Source: a virus
Length of the DNA stretch: 64,000 bases
IMG/VR virus record: IMGVR_UViG_3300020281_001713
Strand: one strand, 5' to 3'
Part shown: positions 29,649-39,433 of the stretch, one piece after another
Layout: each line of letters opens with the position of its first letter
Numbering within the stretch: the stretch's first letter is position 1
Notes under the pieces: generated by a model
What the model saw: the letters and a program-made list of their open reading frames with translations, nothing else
Databases searched by the model: none
What the model was told of the DNA's origin: nothing
Translations under genes and position numbers: made by a program

Positions 29649-30173
29649 ATGAGTAACTATATTGATTATTTGAGCGGCCAAAATATGATGGAAGTAAACA
29701 TCAAAGGTGGTACTGTCACGCAGAAAAAATATGCTGAAAGTATAACATGGTTTGTATGTAGGAAGTTAATGCCTAGGCTGATGAACAAATTAGTAATTAA
29801 TATACATATCAAATCTTTTGGTAAGGACGATACACTAGGTTATTGCTTGCCTGATGATGATGCTGATGAACAGCGTCCAAGAGAGTTTAACATTGAAATC
29901 AACAAAACCTCTAGACTACGTCGATTATTAGAAACAGTTGCACACGAGTTAGTACATGCAAAACAATTTGCAAGAGGTGAATTGTATTGGAGCACAATCA
30001 AAGGACAAAACCGTTGGCAGGGAGAGTGGCTTAGTAATACACGTAAGGCAGTAAAAGACTACTGGGACCAACCTTGGGAAATAGAAGCTCATGGCAGAGA
30101 ATGTGGGTTATTTGTCCGTTGGGCAGAACAGGAAGGACTTGCTAGTAGAAAATGGGCACAGGATCTAAATTAG
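29649..30173 (+). CDS. zinc metallopeptidase-like protein
   Basis: VAHELVHAKQ (HExxH), PWEIEA. Confidence 0.8.
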   Translation: MSNYIDYLSGQNMMEVNIKGGTVTQKKYAESITWFVCRKLMPRLMNKLVINIHIKSFGKDDTLGYCLPDDDADEQRPREFNIEINKTSRLRRLLETVAHELVHAKQFARGELYWSTIKGQNRWQGEWLSNTRKAVKDYWDQPWEIEAHGRECGLFVRWAEQEGLASRKWAQDLN

Positions 30174-30176
30174 AGG

Positions 30177-30204
30177 TTGACAATATATCTATTGATGCTA
30201 TACT
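30177..30204 (+). promoter_or_regulatory. early promoter, GATGCTATACT family
   Basis: TTGACA-16-TATACT, shared with 34823 and 44395. Confidence 0.7.
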
Positions 30205-30236
30205 ATGTATATTAATTAGGCAAAATAGAGGCGCAA

Positions 30237-30983
30237 ATGTTCCAAACTAAAGAAGCATTTAAAAAAGAAGAGCTCACCCAAGAGCTTATGGGCGAAATGC
30301 AAATAAAAGAAATCAAGCAAGCAAAAACATCAGAAGTTATTGCCGTTGCATGTGCGGCTTATCGTATCAATAAAAATGAATATGTTAGAGATACAAGAAG
30401 GTTCAGCACACCAGAAAACAATACTTTGTTTGCCAATAAAGAATTAGTAAAAATGTATTTTGGCGCATATAGGCCAGAAGATTATATTCCATTTCAACCT
30501 ACCGAAGAAGATTATGCACAGGCAGAAGAAATTCGTAAATGGATGAAAAGGTATGTATTATTAGGTTTAGGTGATTTGCCTGAATTTAAACGTGATATGG
30601 TTAACGCCGCTTTACAGGAAGAAACTACAAAAAGGTATTTTGGTATACTTGCCTTTATTCCAGCATTTGTTAAAAGAGACAAACATGAAAGTGGTTTAAA
30701 GAAAGAAATTCGTGTAGAATATAGAGATAGTAAACATCTCGGTAAAGAAAAAGATACTGTAGAAGGCGTAATAAAAATATTAGATGGCCGCTACAGTGAT
30801 AGATGGGAAAGCTACAATTATACAGCCGTTATGGACGGTAACCTTGTAAGCTTTATGAATAAGTATAAGCACGAAAATGGCACTATGAAACGTATTAAAG
30901 CAAAAGTAAGGTCTCTTACTGAAAATCGACTGTTTGGTGCTAACGAAACTCGTTTAAACTACGTAAAATTATTTAAGGTATAA
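30237..30983 (+). CDS. hypothetical protein, possible C-terminal OB fold
   Basis: GAGG RBS; beta-rich C-terminus. Confidence 0.6.
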   Translation: MFQTKEAFKKEELTQELMGEMQIKEIKQAKTSEVIAVACAAYRINKNEYVRDTRRFSTPENNTLFANKELVKMYFGAYRPEDYIPFQPTEEDYAQAEEIRKWMKRYVLLGLGDLPEFKRDMVNAALQEETTKRYFGILAFIPAFVKRDKHESGLKKEIRVEYRDSKHLGKEKDTVEGVIKILDGRYSDRWESYNYTAVMDGNLVSFMNKYKHENGTMKRIKAKVRSLTENRLFGANETRLNYVKLFKV

Positions 30984-30988
30984 AAATA

Positions 30989-31210
30989 ATGATAAGATTA
31001 AAACCACCCGCTGGGGAATCAGAAATAATAATAGATCTTACCGGTCCTGAAGGTAATGCATTTCATCTAATGGCATATGCAAAACAATTATGCAAAAGGC
31101 TTGGATGGGATTCTAATGGAATTCTTGAGGAAATGAAGAAAGGCGATTACGAGCACCTTGTACAAACATTTGATTTACACTTTGGTGAATTTGTAATTTT
31201 GGAGAGATAG
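30989..31210 (+). CDS. hypothetical phage protein
   Basis: IDLTGPEGNAF motif. Confidence 0.6.
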   Translation: MIRLKPPAGESEIIIDLTGPEGNAFHLMAYAKQLCKRLGWDSNGILEEMKKGDYEHLVQTFDLHFGEFVILER

Positions 31211-31423
31211 ATGACATTTTTTACTGCAAATATTTTATGGTTGCTTTTTGCTTATGTTTCGGGTAGTGTTTTTACTGGATTTGTTTTTTATAAGTCTGGC
31301 ACTCGAAATGGTATAGAAAGTACTATTGATAATTTAGTTAGCCAAGGGTTTCTTCGTCATAAAAGAGTAAATGGTGAAATTGAAATCCTTAAATGGAACG
31401 ACTCGGCCAGCGAAGAAGCTTAA
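31211..31423 (+). CDS. small membrane protein
   Basis: N-terminal TM. Confidence 0.55.
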   Translation: MTFFTANILWLLFAYVSGSVFTGFVFYKSGTRNGIESTIDNLVSQGFLRHKRVNGEIEILKWNDSASEEA

Positions 31424-31461
31424 ATACAATGCAATACAAACATCAAAAAAGGGAGAGTCAA

Positions 31462-31692
31462 GTGACACATAAAGCACACAAAATTGAAAATAACAAAATA
31501 ACTTTAGATAACTCATTAGATTCAGATGACTATGGGCTAATTGTATCAAAGAACGGAGAACTAAAAGGTATTTGGATTCCGGATACTGTGGAAGATAAAG
31601 AAAACTTTCCAAAAGCAATCGCAAACCTTTGTATTAATTACTTTGGCTTGGATCCAAATGCTGATGAGGAATATCCTGCTACATTACACTAG
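31462..31692 (+). CDS. hypothetical protein
   Basis: GGGAG RBS before GTG. Confidence 0.5.
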   Translation: MTHKAHKIENNKITLDNSLDSDDYGLIVSKNGELKGIWIPDTVEDKENFPKAIANLCINYFGLDPNADEEYPATLH

Positions 31693-31698
31693 GTAGAT

Positions 31699-31950
31699 AT
31701 GGAAGAAAAGAAAGCAACTATAAAGCAGTTAGCCGACCTTGCACGAGAAGGGGAAATGAAAGACCCTATCGATTGGGGTGAGTTAGCAGTTCAAGAAGAA
31801 CAAGCATATTTAATGATGGCTTCTCAAGTGTTGGAGCAAATGGAATCTTGCCCTGAAGATCAAAGGGCAGTAGTCGCAATGGCTACTATGACAAAATTGC
31901 TAGTAGAAAATTTTGTCCTTAATCTAAGATTGGAAGGAAAAGTTAAATGA
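31699..31950 (+). CDS. hypothetical protein
   Basis: Packed ORF. Confidence 0.55.
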   Translation: MEEKKATIKQLADLAREGEMKDPIDWGELAVQEEQAYLMMASQVLEQMESCPEDQRAVVAMATMTKLLVENFVLNLRLEGKVK

Positions 31951-32183
31951 CAACAACTATAGAAGATAGAGTAAGGAAACTAATTGTAGAATTTATTGAT
32001 CCTCCAGAAGACTTTAGCAATGATACGCCTTTTAGCCAACTAGGTAGTGATTCACTACTCATGATGGAACTTGTAATGGAAGTTGAAGATGAATTCGGTT
32101 TAGAAATTGACGATGCTACAGTTGAAAACTTACAAACCACAAATGATTTAATTAATTATATACAAGGACAATTAAATGAATAA
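31947..32183 (+). CDS. acpP: acyl carrier protein
   Basis: LGSDSL (phosphopantetheine Ser), ELVMEVEDEFGLEIDD. Confidence 0.88.
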   Translation: MTTTIEDRVRKLIVEFIDPPEDFSNDTPFSQLGSDSLLMMELVMEVEDEFGLEIDDATVENLQTTNDLINYIQGQLNE

Positions 32184-32409
32184 TACTTACTATGCAACTG
32201 AAGCAGAAATTACTTGCACAGGAAATGACAGAGTAGTAACTGCTGAAATCGACAACTTTAAGTTTCAAGATTCATTAACCGCATTTATTGCTACAAATAA
32301 AATTCCAATGAAATGGACTGGGCGTGTATATGTTGGAAATGCTCATGGTATGGAATTTACAACTCCTGGACCTAAAGAACTTGCCAAAGCTTTTTCAAGG
32401 AGGCGATAA
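32176..32409 (+). CDS. hypothetical protein
   Basis: Packed ORF with RBS. Confidence 0.55.
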   Translation: MNNTYYATEAEITCTGNDRVVTAEIDNFKFQDSLTAFIATNKIPMKWTGRVYVGNAHGMEFTTPGPKELAKAFSRRR

Positions 32410-32591
32410 TGGAACAAGGTCCACTAAAAAGTGCATTAGAAAATACCGAAGGTGTAATTAGTCAAGAACTTGTAACTTTTAGAGTTCGTAACGGACAACT
32501 AATTAAAGAAACTGTTACACGAAGATTCAGCAAAGATGATTACCACGATAGTTCTTCATATGAGCCTTTAATAAACTTGGAGGAAAAATAA
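32409..32591 (+). CDS. hypothetical protein
   Basis: AGGAGG RBS, overlapping start/stop. Confidence 0.55.
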   Translation: MEQGPLKSALENTEGVISQELVTFRVRNGQLIKETVTRRFSKDDYHDSSSYEPLINLEEK

Positions 32592-32776
32592 TGCCTATAC
32601 CAGAAAAAGTTTTTATACCAGCAGGGAAAGATCCAGGACAATTTCACTTTTATGTAAGTCTAGTCAAAAGTGCAATAAGAATTGGAGCTGGTATTGCATT
32701 GATAATGGGCAGTCTAGTTTGGGCAGGCGCATTACTAATTGGTGCAGAAATTTTAGGAATAGTAGAAGAACTGTGA
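32591..32776 (+). CDS. small membrane protein
   Basis: HFYVSLVKSAIRI...AEILGIVEEL. Confidence 0.6.
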   Translation: MPIPEKVFIPAGKDPGQFHFYVSLVKSAIRIGAGIALIMGSLVWAGALLIGAEILGIVEEL

Positions 32777-32805
32777 GAAGTCCTTGGTACACGGAAGGTG
32801 ATGGT

Positions 32806-33111
32806 ATGAACATAGTCAAAGACAAGGTAGCTAAATTAAAAGGAATTCCTACTCGCGAAGTGTTAATGGAGCGATTAGAAAATGAAGTTTTAGAAGTCAC
32901 TTTCCTTAAAATTAATGGCGATAAACGTATTATGACTTGTACATTAAAAGATGATATAAAGCCAAAAGCTACCAAAACAGATCCTATGAGCCAAAAGGCT
33001 GTTCGAACAGTATCGGACAAGGTCTGTTCCGTTTGGGACATTAATGCTAAAGGTTGGAGAAGTTTTAGGTACGATAATGTACAGGAAGTGAAAACAGTTG
33101 CAAATGGATAA
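32806..33111 (+). CDS. SH3/WYL-like beta-barrel protein
   Basis: VTFLKINGDKRIMTCTL...VWDINAKGWRSFR. Confidence 0.75.
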   Translation: MNIVKDKVAKLKGIPTREVLMERLENEVLEVTFLKINGDKRIMTCTLKDDIKPKATKTDPMSQKAVRTVSDKVCSVWDINAKGWRSFRYDNVQEVKTVANG

Positions 33112-33266
33112 AGAGTGGCAATTATTACTTTTTGGCATGGTAATCATATTTGGAGGTACACTTCTTCTTAATTTTATAGTCCAATTATTGTTGCCCTTAT
33201 AAAAGTGGTTGACAATTCCGTTAAATACTGCTATACTATAGTTAAACTTTAACCAAAGGAGTTATT

Positions 33267-33776
33267 ATGAAGAAACTATTTTTCGGTGTAGCTGGTCTTG
33301 CAATGATGCTAGCTACCACTACCCAAGCGGCAACATTTGTTGTACAGGGTACAGTAACTGATGTTACTCCTAACACAGTTCAAGTCCAAATTCCGGATCA
33401 TCAAAGACAATGTAGCGTGGTTGATGTTCCGATTTATGGAAGTAGCCAACCAAATAATGGTAATGCAATTTTAGGTGCAATTATCGGTGGCGTAATAGGT
33501 AACCAGTTCGGATCAGGGGACGGTAATAAAGCCGCAACTGCCGCAGGTGCCGCAATAGGAGCAGTTAAAGGTTCTCAGATGCAATCAGATAGACCAATTG
33601 TTGGTTATAAAAGAGAAGAACGTTGCCATATGGTTGAGAACTTTCGTTATGAATCAAAAATTAGAGACTATACTGTAAAATATGAGTGGAATGGATACAA
33701 AGGTGCCGTTGTAACTTATAACCAATTCAGTGTAGGAGATAAAATAAATCTAAATATGGATTTAAGAGCCAAATAG
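33267..33776 (+). CDS. secreted glycine-zipper 2TM protein
   Basis: Signal peptide; GAIIGGVIGNQFGSGDG...AAGAAIGA. Confidence 0.85.
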   Translation: MKKLFFGVAGLAMMLATTTQAATFVVQGTVTDVTPNTVQVQIPDHQRQCSVVDVPIYGSSQPNNGNAILGAIIGGVIGNQFGSGDGNKAATAAGAAIGAVKGSQMQSDRPIVGYKREERCHMVENFRYESKIRDYTVKYEWNGYKGAVVTYNQFSVGDKINLNMDLRAK

Positions 33777-33785
33777 GAGGAGTTA

Positions 33786-33953
33786 TTGGGAAAACGTTTG
33801 ATACCTGGCAAATCACCTAAGGACAAAAAGAAGAATGGAAAGATGTATTCTCATCGCCCAGTAAGAGCAATGAACGCCTACTGGAGCGAAGAGGATCATA
33901 AATGGTATAGCAAGAAGGAGATTGCCAGTGATAATAGAAAAATACCTAATTAA
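33786..33953 (+). CDS. small basic protein (55 aa, not in the ORF track)
   Basis: AGGAGGAG RBS, TTG start, MGKRLIPGKSPKDKKK. Confidence 0.45.
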   Translation: MGKRLIPGKSPKDKKKNGKMYSHRPVRAMNAYWSEEDHKWYSKKEIASDNRKIPN

Positions 33954-34371
33954 AGGATTAGCCGCATGGCTAATATTGAGTGTAAGTACTGCATTCGCAA
34001 ATAATGTAGATGTAGAAATGCTTAACAAAAGAGACGACGGAGCCAAAATGGTTTACAGCCTAGATATTGTAGATGTAGGCGTTGGCGGAACAGTAACTTG
34101 GGTTCCGACAGATAAAGGACATAATGTAGAATTCATTGCCGGGCCCGATACGGCTGTCCTACCAAAAAAAAGCAAAATGAATAAATCATTTAGTCATGAA
34201 TTTGAAGTACCAGGAATTTATTTGTATGTTTGCACTCCTCATAAAGCAATGGGAATGATTGGATTAGTTATTGTAGGCGATAATACAAACAATAAAGATC
34301 AAATAGCAAATGTTAAAATGCCTGGAAAGAGTAAAAGGAGATTGGCAAAATTAATTGCCGATATTAACTAA
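33922..34371 (+). CDS. pseudoazurin (type-1 blue copper protein)
   Basis: VEMLNK, GHNVEFI, YVCTPHKAMGM: His/Cys/His/Met ligands; signal peptide. Confidence 0.92.
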   Translation: MPVIIEKYLIKGLAAWLILSVSTAFANNVDVEMLNKRDDGAKMVYSLDIVDVGVGGTVTWVPTDKGHNVEFIAGPDTAVLPKKSKMNKSFSHEFEVPGIYLYVCTPHKAMGMIGLVIVGDNTNNKDQIANVKMPGKSKRRLAKLIADIN

Positions 34372-34380
34372 GGAGATCTT

Positions 34381-34626
34381 ATGTTAAATGGAACTATTAA
34401 AATTGTAGCTATTATTCTCGGAGTATTATGGACTATTGCCGCAATACCGCCAGTAATTAACACTTACTACTATTTGGACGAATTGTCATGCACAGACGAC
34501 GGATGTGACAATTATGAAATTTGGGATAACGAAGAAGAACTTCTCGGATTACAGAATGAAATAGATATTCTCGAACAACGTCTTGCCGCTTGTACGGCGT
34601 TAGTCGAAGAACGTGTTAAAAAATAA
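34381..34626 (+). CDS. small membrane-anchored protein
   Basis: AAGGAG RBS, N-terminal TM. Confidence 0.55.
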   Translation: MLNGTIKIVAIILGVLWTIAAIPPVINTYYYLDELSCTDDGCDNYEIWDNEEELLGLQNEIDILEQRLAACTALVEERVKK

Positions 34627-34814
34627 TGCAATTTGTATGGGTTTTATTATTAACAGTTTGCAATGGCAGTGATTGTATTAGCCAAAAAGTAGGCTTTTAC
34701 CAAGACGAACGACAATGTAAAGTGTTCCAAAAAGAGCATGAAGCATTACCGCAAGATGGTGATTGGAGCTCAGTCACTTATCATTGTCGTCCAAAAAATA
34801 GCAAATCTACCTAA
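34626..34814 (+). CDS. small Cys-containing protein
   Basis: WVLLLTVC...C...C...C. Confidence 0.55.
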   Translation: MQFVWVLLLTVCNGSDCISQKVGFYQDERQCKVFQKEHEALPQDGDWSSVTYHCRPKNSKST

Positions 34815-34822
34815 ATTTCTGG

Positions 34823-34863
34823 TTGACAAACTCTAGATAGATGCTATACTATATGTATAGTTA
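34823..34863 (+). promoter_or_regulatory. early promoter with 27-bp block identical to 44409-44435
   Basis: TTGACA...ATAGATGCTATACTATATGTATAGTTA. Confidence 0.75.
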
Positions 34864-34884
34864 ATAGAAACAGAGGGCGATACA

Positions 34885-35406
34885 ATGGCAGATATTTGGG
34901 TTATAAGTGATACTCATTTCAATCACGAAGCTATTCTCACTTTCAAAGATTATGCTGGTAAGCCTCCAAGGAATGGTTTTATTGATGTTGATCACATGAA
35001 TGAAACTATGTTGGATAACTGGGCAGATGTTGTAAAGCCTAACGATACTATCATTCATTGTGGAGATGTATTGTTTGGACATAACAAATTAGATTGGTTA
35101 CATTCAAACTTTGCAAAGTTACCTGGGAAGAAAAGACTTGTTCTTGGCAACCATGATAACTTAAAGTTTCTTGCTCCATTCTTTAAAGATGTTCAAATGT
35201 GGATTGATATGAGCGACATAGGTTTGTTGTTTAGTCATACTCCACAACATGCTAGTACACTTGCTGAGTCACATAGGTTTGGTGACAAGCCTATATTGAA
35301 CGTGCATGGACACATTCACAGTAATCCTTCACCAGAAGGCCCATACAAATGTGTTTGTGTTGAGCAAATCAATTACACTCCTATTAATATTGAGGAGTTG
35401 ATATGA
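34885..35406 (+). CDS. calcineurin-like metallophosphoesterase
   Basis: SDTHFNH, CGD, GNHD, HGHIH. Confidence 0.9.
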   Translation: MADIWVISDTHFNHEAILTFKDYAGKPPRNGFIDVDHMNETMLDNWADVVKPNDTIIHCGDVLFGHNKLDWLHSNFAKLPGKKRLVLGNHDNLKFLAPFFKDVQMWIDMSDIGLLFSHTPQHASTLAESHRFGDKPILNVHGHIHSNPSPEGPYKCVCVEQINYTPINIEELI

Positions 35407-35627
35407 GCAAGTTCAAAGAAAAATATTTAGTACCTACTGTCTTTCGTCCTAACGGGCATTGGATGGTAGGTACTATCTGGCCTGTTAAAGGGTCAAAGGG
35501 AAATGAATATAGTGTTGAATTACACGATAAAGGATTTAATTGTGATTGTCCAGGATTTACATTTAGGGGTTCCTGCAAACATTCGCAAGCAATATTAAAA
35601 AAAGTAGAGGGAGTAATGGAATGGTAA
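35403..35627 (+). CDS. SWIM zinc-finger protein
   Basis: CDCPGFTFRGSCKH. Confidence 0.8.
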   Translation: MSKFKEKYLVPTVFRPNGHWMVGTIWPVKGSKGNEYSVELHDKGFNCDCPGFTFRGSCKHSQAILKKVEGVMEW

Positions 35628-36949
35628 GAACACAACCACAAGCAATAATTGATAAACTAGAAGCTGATAACAGTCGTCTTGCTAAAGAAGCAGTTATCCA
35701 AGAAGCAATGGACGAAGGCCTTGATGAATTTTTTGATGGCGTTCGAATGGCTCTTGATCCGCTTGTTACTTTTGGAGTAAAGCAAGTTCCTGAAAAAGAA
35801 GAAAATGAAGTTTTATCTGCACAAGGATTAAGTTGGGAAAACTTTAAAGCCCTCGCTGATAAATTACATAATCGCGAGTTAACAGGACATGCGGCTCGTG
35901 ATGCAATTATTTTACAAATGAATGTTGCGACAGCAGAACAATGGAATAAATTTTATCGTAGAATTTTGATAAAAGATTTACGTTGTGGCGTAAGCGAGAA
36001 AACTGTGAACAAAATTGCTAAAAAGTTTCCGCAATACAAGGTTCCTACATTTACTTGCCAACTAGCACATGATAGTGCTAATCATGAAAAGAAAATGATT
36101 GGACAGAAGCAGATTGAGATAAAACTTGATGGCGTAAGGGTTGTTACAATTATACAAGGTAACAAAGTTGAAATGTTTAGTCGTAACGGTAAGCAGTTTC
36201 ATAACTTTGGACATATTATTGCAGAAATTGAAACAGTTCTCAAAGATCATCCATCTCCTTATCCACTGGTATTAGATGGCGAAGTAATGAGTGCGAACTT
36301 CCAAGACCTTATGAAGCAAGTACATCGTAAAGATGGAAAGCAGTCTACTGATGCAGTCTTACATTTATTTGATATGATTCCATTAGCAGACTTCCAAAAA
36401 GGTAGCTGGGATAAGCCACAACACATAAGAAGCCAATATGTAAGATCTTGGGTCGAAAAGCATGCTGATGTTTTAGATCATGTACAAGCATTAGACTGGG
36501 AGGATGTAGACCTAAGTACTACTGAAGGCGAAAAACGCTTTGTAGAGCTTAATAAAGCGGCTGTAGACGGTGGTTATGAAGGTGTTATGATAAAAGATAT
36601 CGATGCTCCATACGAATGTAAAAGAAGCCATGCTTGGTTAAAAGCAAAACCATTTATAGAGGTTACATTAGAAGTAACAGATGTTGAAGAAGGGACTGGA
36701 AGAAATGAAGGTAGATTGGGAGCCGTTGTATGCTCTGGGACGGATGATGGCAAGGATATACGTGTCAACGTTGGTAGTGGCTTTACGGATGATAACAGAA
36801 CCAGTTTTTGGTCTGATCGCGATGCTCTTATTGGTCAGCTTGTTGAGGTTAGGGCAGATGCAGTAACACAAAATCAAGACGGAACTTACAGTTTACGTTT
36901 TCCACGTTTCAAAACATTTAGAGGATTTGAGCCAGGAGAAAAATTGTGA
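35621..36949 (+). CDS. ATP-dependent DNA ligase
   Basis: EIKLDGVR, SRNGK, LDGE, EGVMIK, WLKAK, SLRFPRF. Confidence 0.96.
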   Translation: MVRTQPQAIIDKLEADNSRLAKEAVIQEAMDEGLDEFFDGVRMALDPLVTFGVKQVPEKEENEVLSAQGLSWENFKALADKLHNRELTGHAARDAIILQMNVATAEQWNKFYRRILIKDLRCGVSEKTVNKIAKKFPQYKVPTFTCQLAHDSANHEKKMIGQKQIEIKLDGVRVVTIIQGNKVEMFSRNGKQFHNFGHIIAEIETVLKDHPSPYPLVLDGEVMSANFQDLMKQVHRKDGKQSTDAVLHLFDMIPLADFQKGSWDKPQHIRSQYVRSWVEKHADVLDHVQALDWEDVDLSTTEGEKRFVELNKAAVDGGYEGVMIKDIDAPYECKRSHAWLKAKPFIEVTLEVTDVEEGTGRNEGRLGAVVCSGTDDGKDIRVNVGSGFTDDNRTSFWSDRDALIGQLVEVRADAVTQNQDGTYSLRFPRFKTFRGFEPGEKL

Positions 36950-37296
36950 AGAAGATAGGTTTTTGGATTTATGATTTATATAACTTTTTCTTTAGTTTAA
37001 AAATAAATCCATTACGTCATATTCCAAACGAACTAACGCAATTTATTTTAATGTTCTATCTAAGTGTTATGTGGACAGCGGTATTCACGATATGGGTAGG
37101 TGGCACTATATACTTTGGTATAGGAAGTGTAGGAGCACACTTAGTAGTTTTATTTGCGTTCTTTTTTACAGCTCTTTTATTTCGTGATGCAGAAAAGAAT
37201 GGCCATTTATGGGTAAAAAGAGATTACAAACCAAAGCCAAAATATTATGAAGCAGATAAAAATAAGTGTATTTGGGATTTAGAAAGAGAAGGTTAA
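36946..37296 (+). CDS. two-TM membrane protein (paralog of 37693-38052)
   Basis: NPLRHIP then two TM helices. Confidence 0.65.
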   Translation: MKKIGFWIYDLYNFFFSLKINPLRHIPNELTQFILMFYLSVMWTAVFTIWVGGTIYFGIGSVGAHLVVLFAFFFTALLFRDAEKNGHLWVKRDYKPKPKYYEADKNKCIWDLEREG

Positions 37297-37691
37297 TGAG
37301 AGAAGACTTAATGGTACAACAACAGGTTTCATCGGTATGGCAACATATGGTCGGTGTGATCTGTCTTAATCAAACAAGTAGGCATCAAGTAAAAAGGGTA
37401 CTGCCTGAACTATTTAAAAATTGTCCTACTCCTGAATTATTCCTAAAAACTGCTCCTAGTTTACTCAAAGAAATACTAAAACCGCTAGGAATGGTTAACG
37501 TAAGGGAAAAACGTATTCGCCAAATGTCTAAAGATTATTTGACATGGGATGGTGAAGATGCTACCAAACTATATGGCATAGGAAAGTATGGTAGTGATAG
37601 CTATCGGTTGTTTTATAAAAATGAAATACCCGAAAATGTTTCAGACCATGAACTGAAAAGATACATAAAAGAAGAGCTGAAAGGAAGTTAA
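37296..37691 (+). CDS. MBD4-like HhH-GPD DNA glycosylase
   Basis: WQHMVGVICLNQTS, LKPLGM, LYGIGKYGSDSYRLF, DHELKRY. Confidence 0.85.
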   Translation: MREDLMVQQQVSSVWQHMVGVICLNQTSRHQVKRVLPELFKNCPTPELFLKTAPSLLKEILKPLGMVNVREKRIRQMSKDYLTWDGEDATKLYGIGKYGSDSYRLFYKNEIPENVSDHELKRYIKEELKGS

Positions 37692-37692
37692 A

Positions 37693-38052
37693 ATGAGAGT
37701 ATGGGTTTACGATTGTTGGAATAGTGTTATGAATTACGAAAGAAATCCTTTAAAACACATTCCTGATTTACATGCAAGACATATGATTATGCAAATTTTA
37801 GCATGGATATGGTGCATTGCGTTTAGTTTGTACCTTGGAAGTTTTGTAGTGTTTGGTATCAGTGCAGTCGCACATGTGGCTCTTCTCGGAGCAATAGTAA
37901 TTACTGTCGGCACATTCGAAACTGCAAAGAGAGCGCCGGGTGTGTTCGAATTTAAAAAAGGATATCATACGCCTAGCAGAGGACGAGCTATATATGTTGA
38001 CGGGGAACGCATTGAGTTACCAAAAGGCGACTCAGGCGGAGAACACGACTAA
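37693..38052 (+). CDS. two-TM membrane protein (paralog of 36946-37296)
   Basis: NPLKHIP then two TM helices. Confidence 0.65.
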   Translation: MRVWVYDCWNSVMNYERNPLKHIPDLHARHMIMQILAWIWCIAFSLYLGSFVVFGISAVAHVALLGAIVITVGTFETAKRAPGVFEFKKGYHTPSRGRAIYVDGERIELPKGDSGGEHD

Positions 38053-38114
38053 TCAAAAAAGATTGACATTTTAGACAAACGACTATATAGTAGTGATAAC
38101 AAAACAAATCATGG

Positions 38115-39425
38115 GTGACAGCAATGAGTCTAAAAAATATAAAGACGACAAAAAGGAAGAAACCTAGACGGTCGTCTAGAATTACCAAAAGTGCAAAATC
38201 AATGGTCCCTGTGTGGGATGGTTGGGAAGAGTGGGATGGTCAAAAGTTTCATCGATTTAAAACTAGTTCCCAAAGTTGGTTTTATCAAACATTCAAACAT
38301 ACAGAATTGCACCCTCATCTATTTAATTGGATGTTGAAAAATGATTATACTAAAAAAGATGTGCAAGCTTGTAAAGCATTGCCTAATTGGAAATTATCCA
38401 CTAACGTCTGTATAAATGCAAAAATGTTGCTAGATGGTATGCCAGACTTCAACAAAAAAGAAGATGAATATTGGCAATCACTAGCTGGCACAATGGGGGA
38501 AGTTAGACCTGTTACAGTACACATGAAAAAATCTATCCAGGAATGGATAGAAGAAGGTTCTACACTACTTAAAAATAAAAAAGTCGAAGAAAAGAAAAAA
38601 GCAGATGTATATGTTCCTAGTATTCAAGAACGTATAAGAGAGCAAGCTTCAATGGCTTCCGAAGACATTGATGTTTGGTTAGATGAATTTGTTACTAATA
38701 AAGATGGATTTGATCCAAAAGGATTCGACTTCAAAAGGCACTTTCAACAAAAAGGTGTAACACAAGCACATGCACGTAAAATAATTAAATTTTATGAGGG
38801 CGAACTAGAAGAATTTAGAGACTTACTAAAGATTCCTACTGCAAGCCAACTATCTAAAATGGATGAAAAAGATGCTGACTGGTGGGAACAATTAAAAGAA
38901 GGTTATTCGCATCTTAGCAAAAAAGATGTACAAAAGTTTATCTCTGCACTAGAATCGCTTGTAGAAGCTTGTAATTACGTTATAGACACCAGCAAAGCTA
39001 CACGTAAGCCTCGTAAGACTAAACCTAAGAGTGCTGACAAGTTAGTTGAGAAACTTAAATTTGCAAAAACTAATGACAAGTATAAACTTGCAAGTATAGT
39101 ACCAACTGAAATAGTAGGCGCTAATGAGCTTTGGGTTTTTAATGTAAAAACACGTAAAATAGGCAAGTATATTGCAAGCAATATAGACCCACAAGGTATG
39201 AAAAGAGCTGGTTCTGGTTTAAGTGTTAAAGGGACTACAATACAAGGATTTCATGAAGAAAATAGTATACAAAAAACCTTACGTAAGCCTGATGAACAAC
39301 TAAAAGAGTTTAAAGGTGCAGGAAAAGTTGCACTTAGAAAGTTCTTAGATGAAATTAAAACCACAGATACAAAGCTTAATGGGCGTATTAATCTGGACAC
39401 AATACTATTAAAGGTATCTGGATAA
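38115..39425 (+). CDS. hypothetical protein of large phages
   Basis: Sigma70 promoter upstream; C-terminal ELWVFNVKTRK...GLSVKGTT...KTLRKP. Confidence 0.65.
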   Translation: MTAMSLKNIKTTKRKKPRRSSRITKSAKSMVPVWDGWEEWDGQKFHRFKTSSQSWFYQTFKHTELHPHLFNWMLKNDYTKKDVQACKALPNWKLSTNVCINAKMLLDGMPDFNKKEDEYWQSLAGTMGEVRPVTVHMKKSIQEWIEEGSTLLKNKKVEEKKKADVYVPSIQERIREQASMASEDIDVWLDEFVTNKDGFDPKGFDFKRHFQQKGVTQAHARKIIKFYEGELEEFRDLLKIPTASQLSKMDEKDADWWEQLKEGYSHLSKKDVQKFISALESLVEACNYVIDTSKATRKPRKTKPKSADKLVEKLKFAKTNDKYKLASIVPTEIVGANELWVFNVKTRKIGKYIASNIDPQGMKRAGSGLSVKGTTIQGFHEENSIQKTLRKPDEQLKEFKGAGKVALRKFLDEIKTTDTKLNGRINLDTILLKVSG

Positions 39426-39433
39426 ATATTAGT

